64,000 bases of DNA from Raillietiella orientalis (taxonomy: Eukaryota), in assembly GCA_036172245.1 (NCBI GenBank), contig JAYWIR010000001.1:2790001-2854000 (forward strand), in the 5' to 3' direction. A program made the translations under genes and the position numbers. Shown here in pieces: positions 1 through 13,149 of this stretch. A model generated the notes under the pieces. The model saw only the letters and a list, made by a program, of their open reading frames with translations. It did no database searches and was not told where the DNA came from. Each line of letters opens with the position of its first letter. Position 1 is the first letter of the stretch.

Positions 1-100
1 CTCACCCTTCCCTTACCCGGGCGGGATCCGAACCCACAATGCTTGGTGTCACGCGCGTGGAGACCGCAGCCACGCGACCGCCAACGCGGCGGACCCGCAC
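1..100 (-). mobile_element. tRNA-like / SINE-head-like fragment, truncated by the window edge
   Basis: The minus strand reads ...TGGCGGTCGCGTGG...GTGGGTTCGGATCCCGC, i.e. a weak A-box and a B-box/T-arm-like motif (cf. GGTTCGAATCC). I could not build a clean cloverleaf. Confidence 0.3.
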
Positions 101-129
101 TGTCTTCTCTGTCTATGCACTTCTCTTTT

Positions 130-2300
130 GCCCAGCTTGGGATGTCTGAAACGCTTTCTGTAACCATTTTGGTTGGCAGTGATTAGTGGGTTTCGAGTAA
201 GCACTCAGATCTGGGTCTTGCCCGTTCTTTGGACACGTCCTCTACGTCTGCACTTTGTCCAGTGGCACTGCCTCTCTCTTGAAAAGCTACTTGGAATAGT
301 CCTCAGTGTTCCTCATCCTCGACAGAATGTCCAGCTCCGCAAGTTGGTCCCCTTTCTGCATCTTGGTGCCTGATAAGTTCAGCAGTATTGTTTTTGGTTA
401 CCCCTGTTGAGTTCCTCGGGGATTTTTCCGCCAGCAAGAGGTGAGTCCTGCTTCTTGGAAAAGGAGATGTTGGTTCGAATGCATTAAAACGCATTCACTT
501 CCAAGGGTACCTTGACATCCGAGATGACAAGAAACCCTTGAAATACAGCAGAACATCAAAAAAAAAAGGAAAGAAAGGAAAGGAAAAACGGGGCAGAAAT
601 GACAGCAACGGTGCACAGGGAAATGCTGGCTGCCTGCTGGTTCTCGGAGGGGATTACAGCGGAAGTAGCATGAGAGCTTCTTCCTATATTTCAAGGAAGA
701 AAGACAATCCTGAATGTGACCACAAAAGAGTAAAAAATAATGGATCAAGGAACCTAATCCCGGATGCAGAAATTCTTTCTGGCTTCCAATAGACATCCTC
801 ACAGCAATGAAGAACAGAAAAACACTTTTGCTCCGAAACTTCCTCACGATTGGATTCCAGAACGAATCTTGCAGTTTTCTAAGAGTCCAAAATTACTATC
901 CTTCGAAGTATTGAGTCATTTTTGTCCTCTAAGTTGAGGATTTGTCTTTTGAATCACAATTCAAGGTCCAACACCAATGACCATCAACACCAAGGTGTTG
1001 TTGTTACATTGACTGTGCTAATCACGGTCTTTGAAGCTCTTTGCCCCTTTTCATCTTTCACTAGAAAGATTCGAATCTTCCTTTTTCTTTTTAACTGGAA
1101 AATATTTTTAGAAACCTCCAAGACATGGGATGCACTGGGGTTTCTGGGCAAAAACTATCGAGAGTAGTGCTGGTTTCGGGCGCGTCGTGTTCGGTTTTTG
1201 AACGTTAGCCCGCAAAAAGAGATGCACCGTGAAAATCAAACCGACCAATCGAAGGGAGTTCCAAGCACAAGCGGATAAAGCGGGGCTGAATGGCAGATGC
1301 TAAGTAAGATTTTCACGACCGAGCCATGCGTGCTCGGAATGCCAAAACTCAAAGATGCGGAATTCTCATCTGCGTGCAACAATCGGGTGGGCACACCCAA
1401 TCCTCGTTTTGCCGATAAGCTGGATAACGATGCCTTCCTGTGCGACAAGTGGGCTCTCCCCTTCTAACAGAAGGAAGCGTTCAGACGATTGGCTTCTGGC
1501 TATTCCTCGAATGTAATCGATGAATTCTCGGCGGCTGATCATTCCTCTGGGAGACCCGTGCCACTGACTTGCTAAGGTTCCACTCTTTGGAAGCACTCTT
1601 AAGCACTTAGCTTTGCTGAGTGTCGGTCATGTCCACTGGCTATCTGGAAGCCACAAAGTCGATACCATTGAAGAGTTCAAGGAGCGGCAACCACGACTTC
1701 CTCTGCATGCAGAAAGAGAACATCGGAATTCTACTACTTGAGCTCAAAACAGCTGGTTAAGACGGAGAGTCTCGACGTCTACGGATACGAGAAAAAGGGT
1801 CGGAGTCCAGGTTCCTTGGAATCTGTGTGGCCAATTCAGTCACTACAGTGCTTCTAAATTTCAACTATATCTCCAGAGAATCAATTTGCTATTTTCCAGC
1901 TCTCAAAGGACGGTACATGACCTATGACCTACAGACTTCGAAAGCTCATTCAAAAATCCTAGCTTTATCTTTCGAAGGACGATAGAAGACACAGAGATAA
2001 AACAGAACACAAGTTCTAAGTACACTCACGAAGAAATGCTGCCCAACAAATTTTCCGGAGTGCTGTTAAACTTCAACCTACGATTGCAGTACAAGAGAAG
2101 AAAGATTGATGGACTTCTTAAAGATTCGTTGCAGTCTATTGGAGGTTTGAGAAAGAGATTGAACAAAATTACAAGGAAAGACGATCTCCTCCATGGTGAG
2201 TTCTTTTTTTTCTGCATGAAGAAGGTTCCGGAAACCGCCGATGTTTTATGAAACGTGCGCACCGTTCACAAAAAAATCATGCAGGAAATCACGCTCCCGA
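130..2300 (+). pseudogene. Decayed LRR receptor-like kinase
   Basis: LRR-like peptides: LVPFLHLGA (~345), MQKFFLASNR (~765), KLRICLLNHNS (~931), FLNVS...KGVPS (~1195-1265) and a C-cap-like VLGMPKL (~1335). Kinase-like motifs then follow in order: STGYLEATKSIPLKSSRSGNHDF (I-III, ~1632), KQLVK, GSLES (V, ~1810), ALKGRYMTYDLQTSKAHSKI (VIa/b, ~1900), VQEKKD*WTS (IX, ~2090), FCMKKVPE (XI, ~2215). Many stops and frameshifts. Confidence 0.55.
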
Positions 2301-4699
2301 CAAATCCAGAGGTCTTTTTTTAGCATTCGTTTCCTTCCAACTCATCCACCTACCTCTCCGCACCTCTCCCACCGAGTCCCTAGTTCGAAGAAAACTGATC
2401 GAATCCTCTACACGATCTGCTCCTATCGCAGCCTCCTCCTCTGAATCAGAAAACTCAGGGATTCACCCGTTTTCCTCTGATGCTGAAAGTGAAAAACTTT
2501 CTATCTTCCTCCCTTTTATTCGAGGATTTGGGACTACCCTCAGCTACCAAAGGGCAGGAAGTCTAGGTGAGCTACCCGGTTGCTGAAAGTGTCTCTTTAT
2601 CATTGTTCCCGATTTCCATGAGGCACAGCGTGGAGGGAGACCCACGGAAGAAACAGCAACGTCAGTTCTCAAGGATTCACTACCAACAAGGATGGGTGCG
2701 CACAGTATGCGTCCCTGATTCGCAGGGACGTTTACCGTCAGAATAGGCACCACAAGAAGCATCCGGCGAAGATTCAACTTTTCGTATCCTTCGTGAGTCC
2801 CTCTCGGAGGAAGAATACTGTACCAGAAAATCGATGCTCTCCGTGCCATTTCAAAGAAAAAAGACGAATACCGAAGAGAAAAAAAAACGAATAAAAGACG
2901 AGGACTGGACGAGAGTGGCATCGCGCCGGAACAGAGAAGGAAAGGTGAGAGAGGCAAAAAGAACCCGGGATGCCCTCTGCGTGAGAAGGTCCCACTTCGC
3001 GGAGTCTCTCCTCGCTTCATCCAGAAGTCATGTCGACGGGATTCCTTTCCCATCCTCCCTTCCGATCTGACCCAAGAAAATCGTTTCCGTTCTTTTTACT
3101 CTCCATTACAGAAGGACGTCTGGCCTCACTGACGCTTCCGGTTCTTCTACGAGGAAAATCGACGCCTTTGCTCCTCCCGAGGTCGGGGAGTCGCGCGCTC
3201 AGGTTGTTACAGAGGGACTGCATCTCTTCCACGAGGGACGATACAGGGCGGGAAAACGAGTTTCAGAAATGGCCGGATAACGAAAATCGCCAGATACACG
3301 GATTTTGAAAGGGGGAAAGGGGAGGGGGGCATGAGGAAGATCGATGGAGGCGTCGGGAGGCAGTTCAGGCCGGAGATTTACGAGATCTTGCAGGATCGAC
3401 CGGTCAGCATCTACGATCGTGAAGAACCGAAAGAAAATCCACCAACACCCTCTTCACCTTTACAAAACATAGCAGAGACTCCCCGACGGGAGATAAAAAG
3501 GAAAACAGGATTCCAATTTCCAACAATTCAAAGAAAACTGTCGAGGATCCCCCGAGGTAACTTCCCCGGTGGGATGGAACGGCAACGGCCGAAGCAGCTC
3601 CGCATTCTCATCTCCGTGTGAAATGCTACCATGTCGTGACCTCCCCGCCTGGGCCGAAGGAAACCGAGTCCCGGGCACGTGAGGATGCTGTAAGGAGTCA
3701 GTCGGTCCCTAGCGAGAGATCTGCCTCGCCTCCCGACGAGAACGGCACAACACTCCGTCTGGGACGGAGAACGCCCTCTGTTGCAGCAGCCTGTCAGCTA
3801 CGCGGTGTTCGGTAACCAAGGCGATCGATCCGAGCTTATCAATCCAAAAAACCAAACCGCTGCAGCCACTTTGCTCGTGAGCTTCGTGGTTCGGCTGCAC
3901 CCCGAGAGCGCTTCCCGCCCGAATCCTGCTAGATGCACTGGGAGCAGCACTCTTTCGGATTTCATTTTTTTTTTGGCTTTCCCTCCCTTCGAGTCGCTCC
4001 GATCCGAAACCGGAAACCACTGCTCCTCCGCCACATCTGTCTTCCCCTGCGAGAGGAGCTGACCCCACGAAAGCCACCGCAGAGCCTTAAGACGTGTTCT
4101 CGTTAAACGCCTGTTTTTTTCCAATTCCGTGCAGCAAAGCCACTCGAAGTGACGGTCCGTAAGCCGGGCAGCCTTGTAAACACCGCTTGTTTACACTGAC
4201 ATTTGACCGTTGCCAACATTTTTCTTCCTTTGCTTCTCCTTTTTTTTGTTGTTGTTTCTTTTTTTTTTCGCAAGGCGGACGCGTTACGATTAGCTTTGCT
4301 GTTAATGAGTGTTGACCGATCGTCTCCGGATGTCCCATGCGCGTCAAAAGGCGCCGTCCAACGCAGCACTCGTTTGCACCCTCTTCTCTGAGGCTGGACT
4401 CGAAATTAGACGGGAGGCGAACAGAAACAACAGCCCGAAAAACAAAAAAAAGACCGTCCCGAATCTTGGAAAGTGAAAAGAAGCAACCATTTCTCACCGC
4501 TGAGAAAGCCGGTTGTCAAATCAGATCTGCGGGACCGAAGGGTGTAGAAAAAGCTACGAGTAAACGAACAACCGGGAACTTTCGCAAACGCACGCTACAG
4601 TAACACAGGAGAGTCGGCCATCTCTTTATCGATAGTTCGACAGTCTTTTAAAGACAAACATCACCTCACTTTTCTTCTTCTTGTCCTCCGCGTTTGCCA

Positions 4700-7600
4700 A
4701 ATGTGGCAGGGTAGAGCGGCGCGAGCAACGAGCTCGCGAGCTCCCGCCGCTGTTTCATTCCGGGAGAGTGAGCTTAGGGTGCTCACCCAGGCGTTCTCAG
4801 CTATGAGTGGTCGAGGGGCTGCTGCAGATTTCAAACCACTACACGCAGCACCTCCACCTCCACACCAAGAGGCATGGTGGTCTCGGCTGGACGAACCAAG
4901 GAAACAACCAGCGCAACATTTCGCCTGGACGGCCAAAATCAGGCCCCAGAGATCGACCTGACCAACCTGTTCCCTGTGCTAACTCCACTTTTTGCCTGGA
5001 CTTGACCCTTCGAAAAGACGGCCGAGTAACCACATAGGGCGCCTGTGTTACAAAGCGCGGCAGCCCTACTCGTCGGTTCATTGGGAAAGTGGGATCCACT
5101 GGACAACCAAGTTTCACGGGAACCGGAAGTCCCTTTTCTATGTGCTGATAAAATGAGGGTCTCCTATGGACTCATCTAATATTCGGCATAGAAGATATAG
5201 ATATGTATATTGGACCTACAGACTCGACCATCCCCTGAGTGAAAGGCCAGCCAGAACAGACATTCCCAAAGAGCATCTCTTGTCTTTACGGAAGTGAGCA
5301 AGGAAAATGATAAAGATGCAGATACCGATGGATCAAACCTGCAATCCATTCGTAAGGGCAGTCCACAACGCATCTGAGTGTTGTGACGGCGTGACTATCA
5401 GATGAAGAGGACTGACCAGATTGGAAAGATGAGGGTTAGGAATAAGAGCAGAATCGCTTCCCTCGTCCCTTTCGTGCATCTCCCAGAATGCTAAGACGAA
5501 ATCCGACACTGCCAGTGCTGCAGTAACACCAACCGCAATCTTCATCTGTCGATCAAGAGATTCTTTTAATCGGAAGAGTTGGCACTAAGAGATTAACGAC
5601 AAGGGTTGCTCAAACGCTCCCTTCCTTGGGTTTGCATCTGGACAGAGGAAATTACTACGAATTTACTTTTTTTTTTCATTTTTTTTTTGCAAAACAAGGG
5701 TGGGACAGAAAACAGTGCAGGCGAGTTGGAAAAGCAAAAGCTGATGCAACCAAGCAACAAAAAAGAGATTCGAATGATCCGCCCGATGCAACAGAGTGGA
5801 GGGTTTGAAACATACCGAGATGGTTCCGAGAAAACCTTCCACGGCACCCGCAAGACATGCTCCGTCACCCTGTCATCTCATTTCTTCATATCCCGTTCAT
5901 GTGAGCAGAATAAAAGATCCAGAGAATAAATCCACGCGGAAGAGTCAAGAAAAACGCATCTGGAGAAGAGATTCCAAGTTACTCGAAAGGAGCAACACAA
6001 CCTCTTCCTGATGTGAATTTTCTTCTCTGGTCGCGGCGGCAACGATTTCGTTGTCGCCTCGGTTCATGCCATTCCCTGTTGTTACGAAGACTTTCCAGCG
6101 CCATCGAAAGCTTCTTGAGAGTACGAAGCCTCGTTTCATTTCTTCACCGCTTTCAAGGGCTTCTTCCTAACCCTGCTCCAAAGAAACGCCAACTCCATCT
6201 ATAGGCTCGACTGCAGAAGATGGGATTCGGTTGCTTCCAGAGGAAACCCACGGATCCAGAGCTCCAAGTTTCCTCTTCGTTCCCGAGTGGGAAGCAGCGC
6301 CGGGAAACAGGATTTACAGCCCACCGAGGCAACCCGTAACGCTCCAAGCTCTTGCGAAGCTGTTTGATGTCTACTGCTCGAGTAGTCTCATGACCTGACT
6401 CGCACGGATTACAACCTGATCTTGGAAGAGTACCATGACTGCCATGGAGGTGAATATTAGCGAACGCTATCAGAATAAGGTGAGAAGAGCCTACGAACGC
6501 GAACCCGACATCCCTACTTTGAAAAATCCGTGATCGATCAACCAGATTCGAAACTTCTTCGGTAACTCATACCCACGCGCCTCAAGCTACAGCTTGATCC
6601 TGAGATGACTCCATTCGAACCACGGTTTCTCCCGAGAAGAGCAGCTTCAGGACCGCAGTCGCCTAATCTCCCATGGAAACTCATTTTTCCTCTAACGCAT
6701 ATTCGAGAGGAAGGTACAAGAAAGGTCTCTTCCAGCAAGAAGAACGCTCCTGCATCCAAGAGTCTTAGACGGTACTTCGAAAATACTCTGCCGACACCTA
6801 TCCGGGGCAAATGAAAAGCTCCCATTCGCGCCACTGTTTGGATCCTCCCTCCGCCTGAGTACTTTTCTGGAATGCAATCTACAATGACGGATCGAGGGGA
6901 CAAGCAGATTCGTGCGGGGGGAGAGGATGCTGTGCCACTGAGCACGAAAATGCCCTCGTAGTGGATCAACATTCAAGACTGGTCATCCTGATGATCCCTC
7001 CGTTTTTCCAAACAGAAGTAGTTGAAAAGAATGGCAAAAATGCAGCAACAAAGAAGAACTGGGATATTCCAAGACAGGGGGAAGGGATCACAACGGCGAA
7101 ATGCCAGTAATGCGGCCATCTGCGTTATCTCAAGGCTCGCCAAATCGCGCCAACAGTTTGGTTTCCGCAATGCAGCTGACTGTCCACTTTGAGGAGAGCG
7201 GTCTTGATCTTGAAAACCTTCCCAATTTCAGGGTCCCTCGGAGCTAACGAATCTGTGGGCAGAAACGAAAATATGGACGCGCTTAGATACCAAGGCAAAG
7301 CAGCTTCGCAAAAATACCATGTAGTTCTCCCTAATTTTCACGTTGGTCTTCACGGAAGGAAGAGGAAGAACTGAAAAGCTCGGCTCCCACTCTCTTTCAG
7401 AAGTAGACGTGTTCCATGGAAAGAAAGAATGAAAATGGGAATGGTTCCAACGAAGCGAGGAATCGACAGAAAGAAGAAAAGCGCTCGACTCTCTTGCAGC
7501 TCAAGTTGAATTTTCCAGATGCAACAAGCTGTACAAGCAGAAAGACGAAAATGAACTGGAGACCCCCTTTCCTGTTCTTCTATTCCTTCGCCTTCGATCT

Positions 7601-10600
7601 GCTCCACGGTTCCGATTCCATACGAGGAGAAAAGCGCGAGAAAAAAGGGAAGTGCTTTTCTGGGGCCACGATCCAAACCGCTCTGATTCTGGATATTCGC
7701 CTCTTTGTCTTCAGCTTAACCTGGTGTTCATGCTACGATCAGGGTTCTCTGAAGTTTGATCTTCAAACCCTAAAGACATAAGAAGACGAACGGGAAAGAA
7801 GACATAAAAAGACGATCAAGGAACAGCATCCTAACTTCCTTCTTTTGGAAGCAGAGAAAACACCAAGTGTCTTCTCCATCACTGCTAATGGAGAATGGGT
7901 TGCCGATCAATTCGGTTTTCTACCTGGATTGTTTAGAATCCTGAATCCTCTATCCACACGCTTCTGAATGTCTTGGTTTTTCTGAAGGCGGCTTCGCTAA
8001 AACATGCGTCTGTCTTTCCCTAACTTGCCTCAAGTAAGTAGGGAAAAACAAGGACAGCCCCTTGCCCCACTTCCGCCTCCTTGGACAATTCCACGCCAGC
8101 TCACCACCTAGCAGAATAATGCGACGGAGGGCCAACCAAAAATCCAGTTGTTTTGGATTAGGAACCAGGTCCACGACCTGCACTTTGCACTTGGAAACGA
8201 AATCTTTCGATAATCTGCCTTTGGGCAAGTTCACAAAGACAAAGGATCCACCGAGAAGCTCTACAGAAAGGTGAGGGAGCAAAGCTTTTCGAGCGATGGA
8301 AAGCGTTTTCCTTTTTTATAGAAGTATCATCTAGAATGAGGAAGGAAAGTACTGCGTCTAAGATTCCAGCAAATCGACTGATAGCAATTTGGAGAAGAGA
8401 CAAATCCATCACCGCAGCGTCACCCTAGGTATACTGGGCAAAGGCGCTTCCATGTGAGAACGGCTAGCAAAAGCAATCCGCTAAGCTCCGAAGGACCTCA
8501 CTATGGTTAAGACATAGAACTCTTATGAGGGATCCAGCACACTCGACTCGGCTGCAGGCATCACTGACAGGGAGGAACAAGCAGAACGAAACCCTCTGGA
8601 AACCAAGACAGAAGGAGAACCCACGACTAAGATAGTTTAGAATATGGGAATAGTAGAAGCCATGAAGGATGTAGTAGTTATACAATTTCTTTACACCTGA
8701 TAAGATGGAGGTAATGGCTGCAGTGCCTGATCACCTAAGGTTGACACGGATAAAATGAATGAGGTTTCATGAAAGGCTCATTGAGATTTTTTATTTAGGG
8801 ATTAGCAAATTGAGGGTGGAAAGGGGGAGTTGACGTATTTTATACAGTGCCAGGATTGCTGGAATTCTTGTTCTCGTGAGAAGAACCACGGCTGCTCTTG
8901 GTTTACTGAGAACTGATCATCGGATGGTATGCAACAGGAAGAATCCCTCTCGTCCTATTTGGACGGAGGAATAGAGTGGGCATGAGGGCAAGAAGTTTTC
9001 CTTCGATATGAATGCGTATGAAAAAATTGATGAAGTGAAGAAAAGAGTCGGTATGAATAATAGGAAGCTTGTCAAATCTTTGACAACGGAACTTGTTGGA
9101 ATGGAAGTATACTCGGGTTTCTTTTGGTCCAATGAGCTGGTTTCCAAAACAAGCCACCCTGAGACACTTGGAGTGTGGTAGCTGCCAGCCAGACCATTTG
9201 AAAAGCGGATTCAAGATTAAAACCACATTCATTGCCCGAGGGAGGAGACATAATTATTCATCAACGGAAGCTGGAGAAGGCAAGGAAGAAGAACGAGAAC
9301 ATCTATCGAGGTTCTTCATTCCACTCCCAACGGCTGCTGCTTCAAGATAAATCACGGCAAGATCTTCGGGATCCGAAAAAGAAAGTGTTAAGGGAATTGA
9401 AAACTGCCAGGAAGTAAGAGAAGCACGTCATAAAGTAGATGGCATGCTCTAACAGAAAGTATGCCAAGGCTAAGATTACTAAGAACATCAGATGGACCCT
9501 AACCTCAATGAAAGAACATCCCAACACCACAGGATGAGTAGAAGAAAAGTCAAGAATAGATGATGAAAACTTTTCCTTTCATCTGCTATATCGGTTGCGT
9601 CCCGTTTCTCCCGGTACCAGGCGGACTTATGGGAGAGTTTGTACGAAGGAATTAGATGTGATGCGCTGGCCACGACCGTGAGGAGTGGTAAAGGAGATGA
9701 AGGGAAAATGGCCACTTGAATGAAGTGGTGATAGGAAAGATGAGGAAACTTCACCTTCTCATGAGAATGAGATGACGTGTTGACCGATGATTGGGATCAC
9801 AAAAGGAGGAAAGTCTGTAAGTAAAAGATGCTTCGTATTTTCACACGAAAGAATGAATGCACTGGCTGCACCCTGATGGCATTTGATCAGGGAGACAGAA
9901 ATGAAGTTCAACAAGAAAGGACCTCTTCCGAAACGAACGAAAAATGTTTTGGCTACCTTTTTAGGAGGAAACCCTTCGGACTCTACAAGGGAATTTTTGG
10001 TCGCAGTGGCAACTATGGATCTCACCATGGTGATTGGAACAAGCCCGACCTAGGGCAAGAAGCATCGGAAAGAGATTGTGGCTCTTCCGAAACATAGCCA
10101 TCTTGGGTTTTTAGCATCATCAGGAAGATTTTTGTTTGCCAAGGAAACAAAGCTCACTGCAGCATCTAATCTGCTAATGGGATGACAGGTCAAAGTTCGA
10201 AAAGGATCTTTCCAGAAGATGAGTGCCGGAAAGAAAAGACAAGACAAAAAAATGAAAAGCACAGCACAGAGCAAGCTTGATAAATGAGAAGACTTGGAAG
10301 AAACCAGGTTGAGGTCTGCAAATTTGATGGCCGCAGATGAATCGTTCGGGTCAAACAAAGAAAGAAGCAGAATGCATTCATGAAATCACGATGCATGGTG
10401 ATAAATAATGACAAAAAGACATCTTGGGAAGAAAACGTAAGCAAACAAGCAAGTAAACCAATCAACAAATCAGCTGCTGCAGCTACAGCAGCAAGAGTAA
10501 ATAAGATGAGGATGGGTACAGGCAGAAGATTCCTAGGTGCCAAGAGTATGGTGATCGACAATTCAGAATCATTGAGACAAAGGCACCTTTTTTTTTTTCA

Positions 10601-10800
10601 GAAAAAGGAATTACACCTTTTGTGCGTATACGATAATTTGGAAACAGAACAAACAATTCCGAGATCGTCTGCATGGAGCCATAACTGGTTCAGAGCAGGC
10701 GCCGCCTACGTTGAGCACAGTATGGGAAAGGAACAACTTTCGTTTTCAACTAATAAAGATGAGAACTGGAAAATGGATCCACAAAGGCTCGTTTCAGCAA
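4700..10800 (+). mobile_element. Highly decayed Ty3/Gypsy internal region (gag?-PR-RT-INT)
   Basis: Degenerate motifs in Gypsy order: protease-like HCLDPPSA...ALVVDQHSRLVILMIPPF (~6830-7005), RT N-terminal RVPWKERM (~7408, cf. HVPW), RT-like KYHLE*GRKVLRLRF and LGILG (~8320-8440), integrase-like LGGNPSDSTREFL...GTSPT (~9960-10050) and DLEETRLRSA (~10290). No LTR pair found. Confidence 0.45.
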
Positions 10801-11249
10801 CACTTATGATAGCGACAGTTTCTTCTGTTGTCTCGAAGGAATGCAAGAAGAGCAAATACGAAATTCCTTCCACACTTTTCCTTGCTCGTCATTGCGGCTA
10901 TTAAAAGTCGCCTTCCCCTCCTCGTCGATCTCCCTCTAGCGTGCATGTAATTTTAAATGCTTCACAGGTTGTTGCCAACACATGGACGTATGAAATGCGT
11001 CACACACTTGTGTGCCCATGCCACGGGTTTTTAATCCAAGAGTGAAGACGGAATGCAGTTTCCGAGTCAGCTTTAGAGCTGCTGCTGTTCCTTTGCTCTG
11101 AGTACCACTGCACCATCACAACCCCCCCGATCAGTGAGAAGAAATGAAGCCTTCGCTCAGGGAACTTTCCCTCAGATACTTCAAAGTTTTTTCATTCACC
11201 GATGTAATGGGGTGGAGGTAGGGGGAGGGGGGAATCGTCCCAAGTATCC

Positions 11250-11800
11250 GGGACTCTCTTCAGAACAGCCGCCTTCTTTCGTTAGGCCGTAGTTCCTCGA
11301 TCAGGTGGAAGGATGAGAAACTTGAATTTCCTGTACAGAAGGTTTCAAGCCAGTAAGCAGGAGAGAGAGAGGGAGTGAGAAATCTTTCGAGACCACGGAA
11401 ACGCACTCGAAGCTTACGGGGTCCTTAAGTTGGAGCCACCTGGAAATCTGTTTCCAGTTCTGGAATCGATTTTCTGGTAGCACTTTCTTGAGAATGATTC
11501 AACTCCGGGGAATCGATGACCCTCAAGTTCTCTCGTCAAAGAGAGATTGCTTCTCTTTTGGTAAAAGATTTTCGAGAGGTTTCATTCATGCTTCGAACGT
11601 AGCCCAAACGGAGCGCGTGCTGCATTTCCCCCTAATTGGATTTTTTTCCCACCACTCCCGCTGCAGGAACTCCAGCTTCTTCTCCTCGAATATTTCGTGT
11701 CTCCGGCCTGGCTGGCACACTTTTCGCCCGAGAGCTTCGCTGCCTGCGATGTGCACCTCAAAGCCAAACGTTTCTGCGAGTCTCAGTGACATAACCGAAG
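11250..11800 (-). mobile_element. Retrotransposon gag-like fragment
   Basis: REWWEK...SVWATFEA*M followed by LLLTGLKPSVQEIQV resembles the Retrotrans_gag pattern (WW...W..F and F..GL.P.I). Confidence 0.35.
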
Positions 11801-12095
11801 CGAACGAATGATACGTGAAAAGAAGAGCGATGAAAAACACACACACACACACACATAGACAACCAAAAGAAAACTCTTTCTTTCCGTTCACGGAGTTCCG
11901 CTTCTTCCAGTTTTCGAATCCAACGACTCTTCGTGCCTTCCAATTTTCTCGATTCAGACCAAAGTTCGTGACTTCTCCCATCCGAATTCCTAGGAAGTGC
12001 TGCCCGCTGCCTTAATTGATCTTGAAAAATGGAATGTGAATTTACACGTCCCGTCGCTGCTGGAAGAACGCATACGAATGCCTCACACAAACATC

Positions 12096-12344
12096 ACAAC
12101 GCGGAGTGGCCGTTCTCGGACCAAAGACCCCTCTGTCACCTACCCTCCCCATATCTTCATTTCTATTTTTTATATGTGTGCTTGTGGTCCCCTCCCTCCC
12201 GTTTCGGACTTTCGGTTTACCGACCTGCGTGTCGGGGATCCCACCCCCTTCGTTTCTTCTGTTTCCTTTGTCCGATAACTCCGTTACCGGATAGTTTAGC
12301 AATAAACGCCCCGGCGCACCCGGGTGAGAAACAACGCGGAGTGG
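12096..12344. mobile_element. 221-bp insert flanked by an exact 14-bp direct repeat (candidate TSD); SINE-like or non-autonomous element
   Basis: ACAACGCGGAGTGG occurs at 12096-12109 and again at 12331-12344. The internal core 12181-12235 is similar, in reverse orientation, to 59009-59068. Confidence 0.6.
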
Positions 12345-13149
12345 ATCGCGCTGCACGGAAAGGGTGCAAGCGAGGTTGCGATCGCTTGCAGCTGAAGTGA
12401 AGAGCGAATTAGCAGCATCAAAAAAACATGGCGGCATGTCTACATGTACGGATGCCCTGATGCCACGATTTTTGTGTGTGACACGAAGGCCAGGAAGCAC
12501 GGGCATCAAGGCTCAGGATGACTTCTTGAAAACTCATTCAGAAGACTCGTGAGACAGCAAGAGGAGCCGCAGCTTTCCGCTTGCAGAAGAGAAAACTGAA
12601 GTCCGTTATAGCAAAATCGGCATCGCCATTCTATCGCAGGAGGTACTTTTTATTCGCTCATCTTGGAAGGAAAGGAAGACCGTTTTGACACAGATACAGC
12701 GCCGATGCAAGCGGTCTTCCATTGGTGTTATTATTTTATTGATCTTTAATCGGCATTCCACGTGAGTTTTATGACCTTTGTCCAGCATGATGCTTTGTAA
12801 TTTCGGAAGAGATTTGGTCAGGAAAGCGGAATTCTTATTTGTGCTGTTTGTTGCCGCCCCTCACACACAACGTTTACACTTTCGGTACAATGAGCACCTT
12901 GTACGTTTTCGATATCCGCTTCCCATGAAACAGTCATATGACTGTACACACTTAAACCAAAGGATGCGCATTCTCTCTCTGAGAAGCAAGAACAATGGTT
13001 CTCTCATTACTTGAATAACAATATACACATAGATATATAGTGTATGTCATACACGCGCACGTAAGTATATTACAACTCAATGAGATTGAATAATGGCAAT
13101 TTATCTACATAATTAGGAAGACAGTTTATGGAATGATTCCATAATGTTT

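Noticed and set aside
2030..2260. Gag-like segment
   Set aside because: Better explained as kinase subdomains IX-XI of the first RLK relic.
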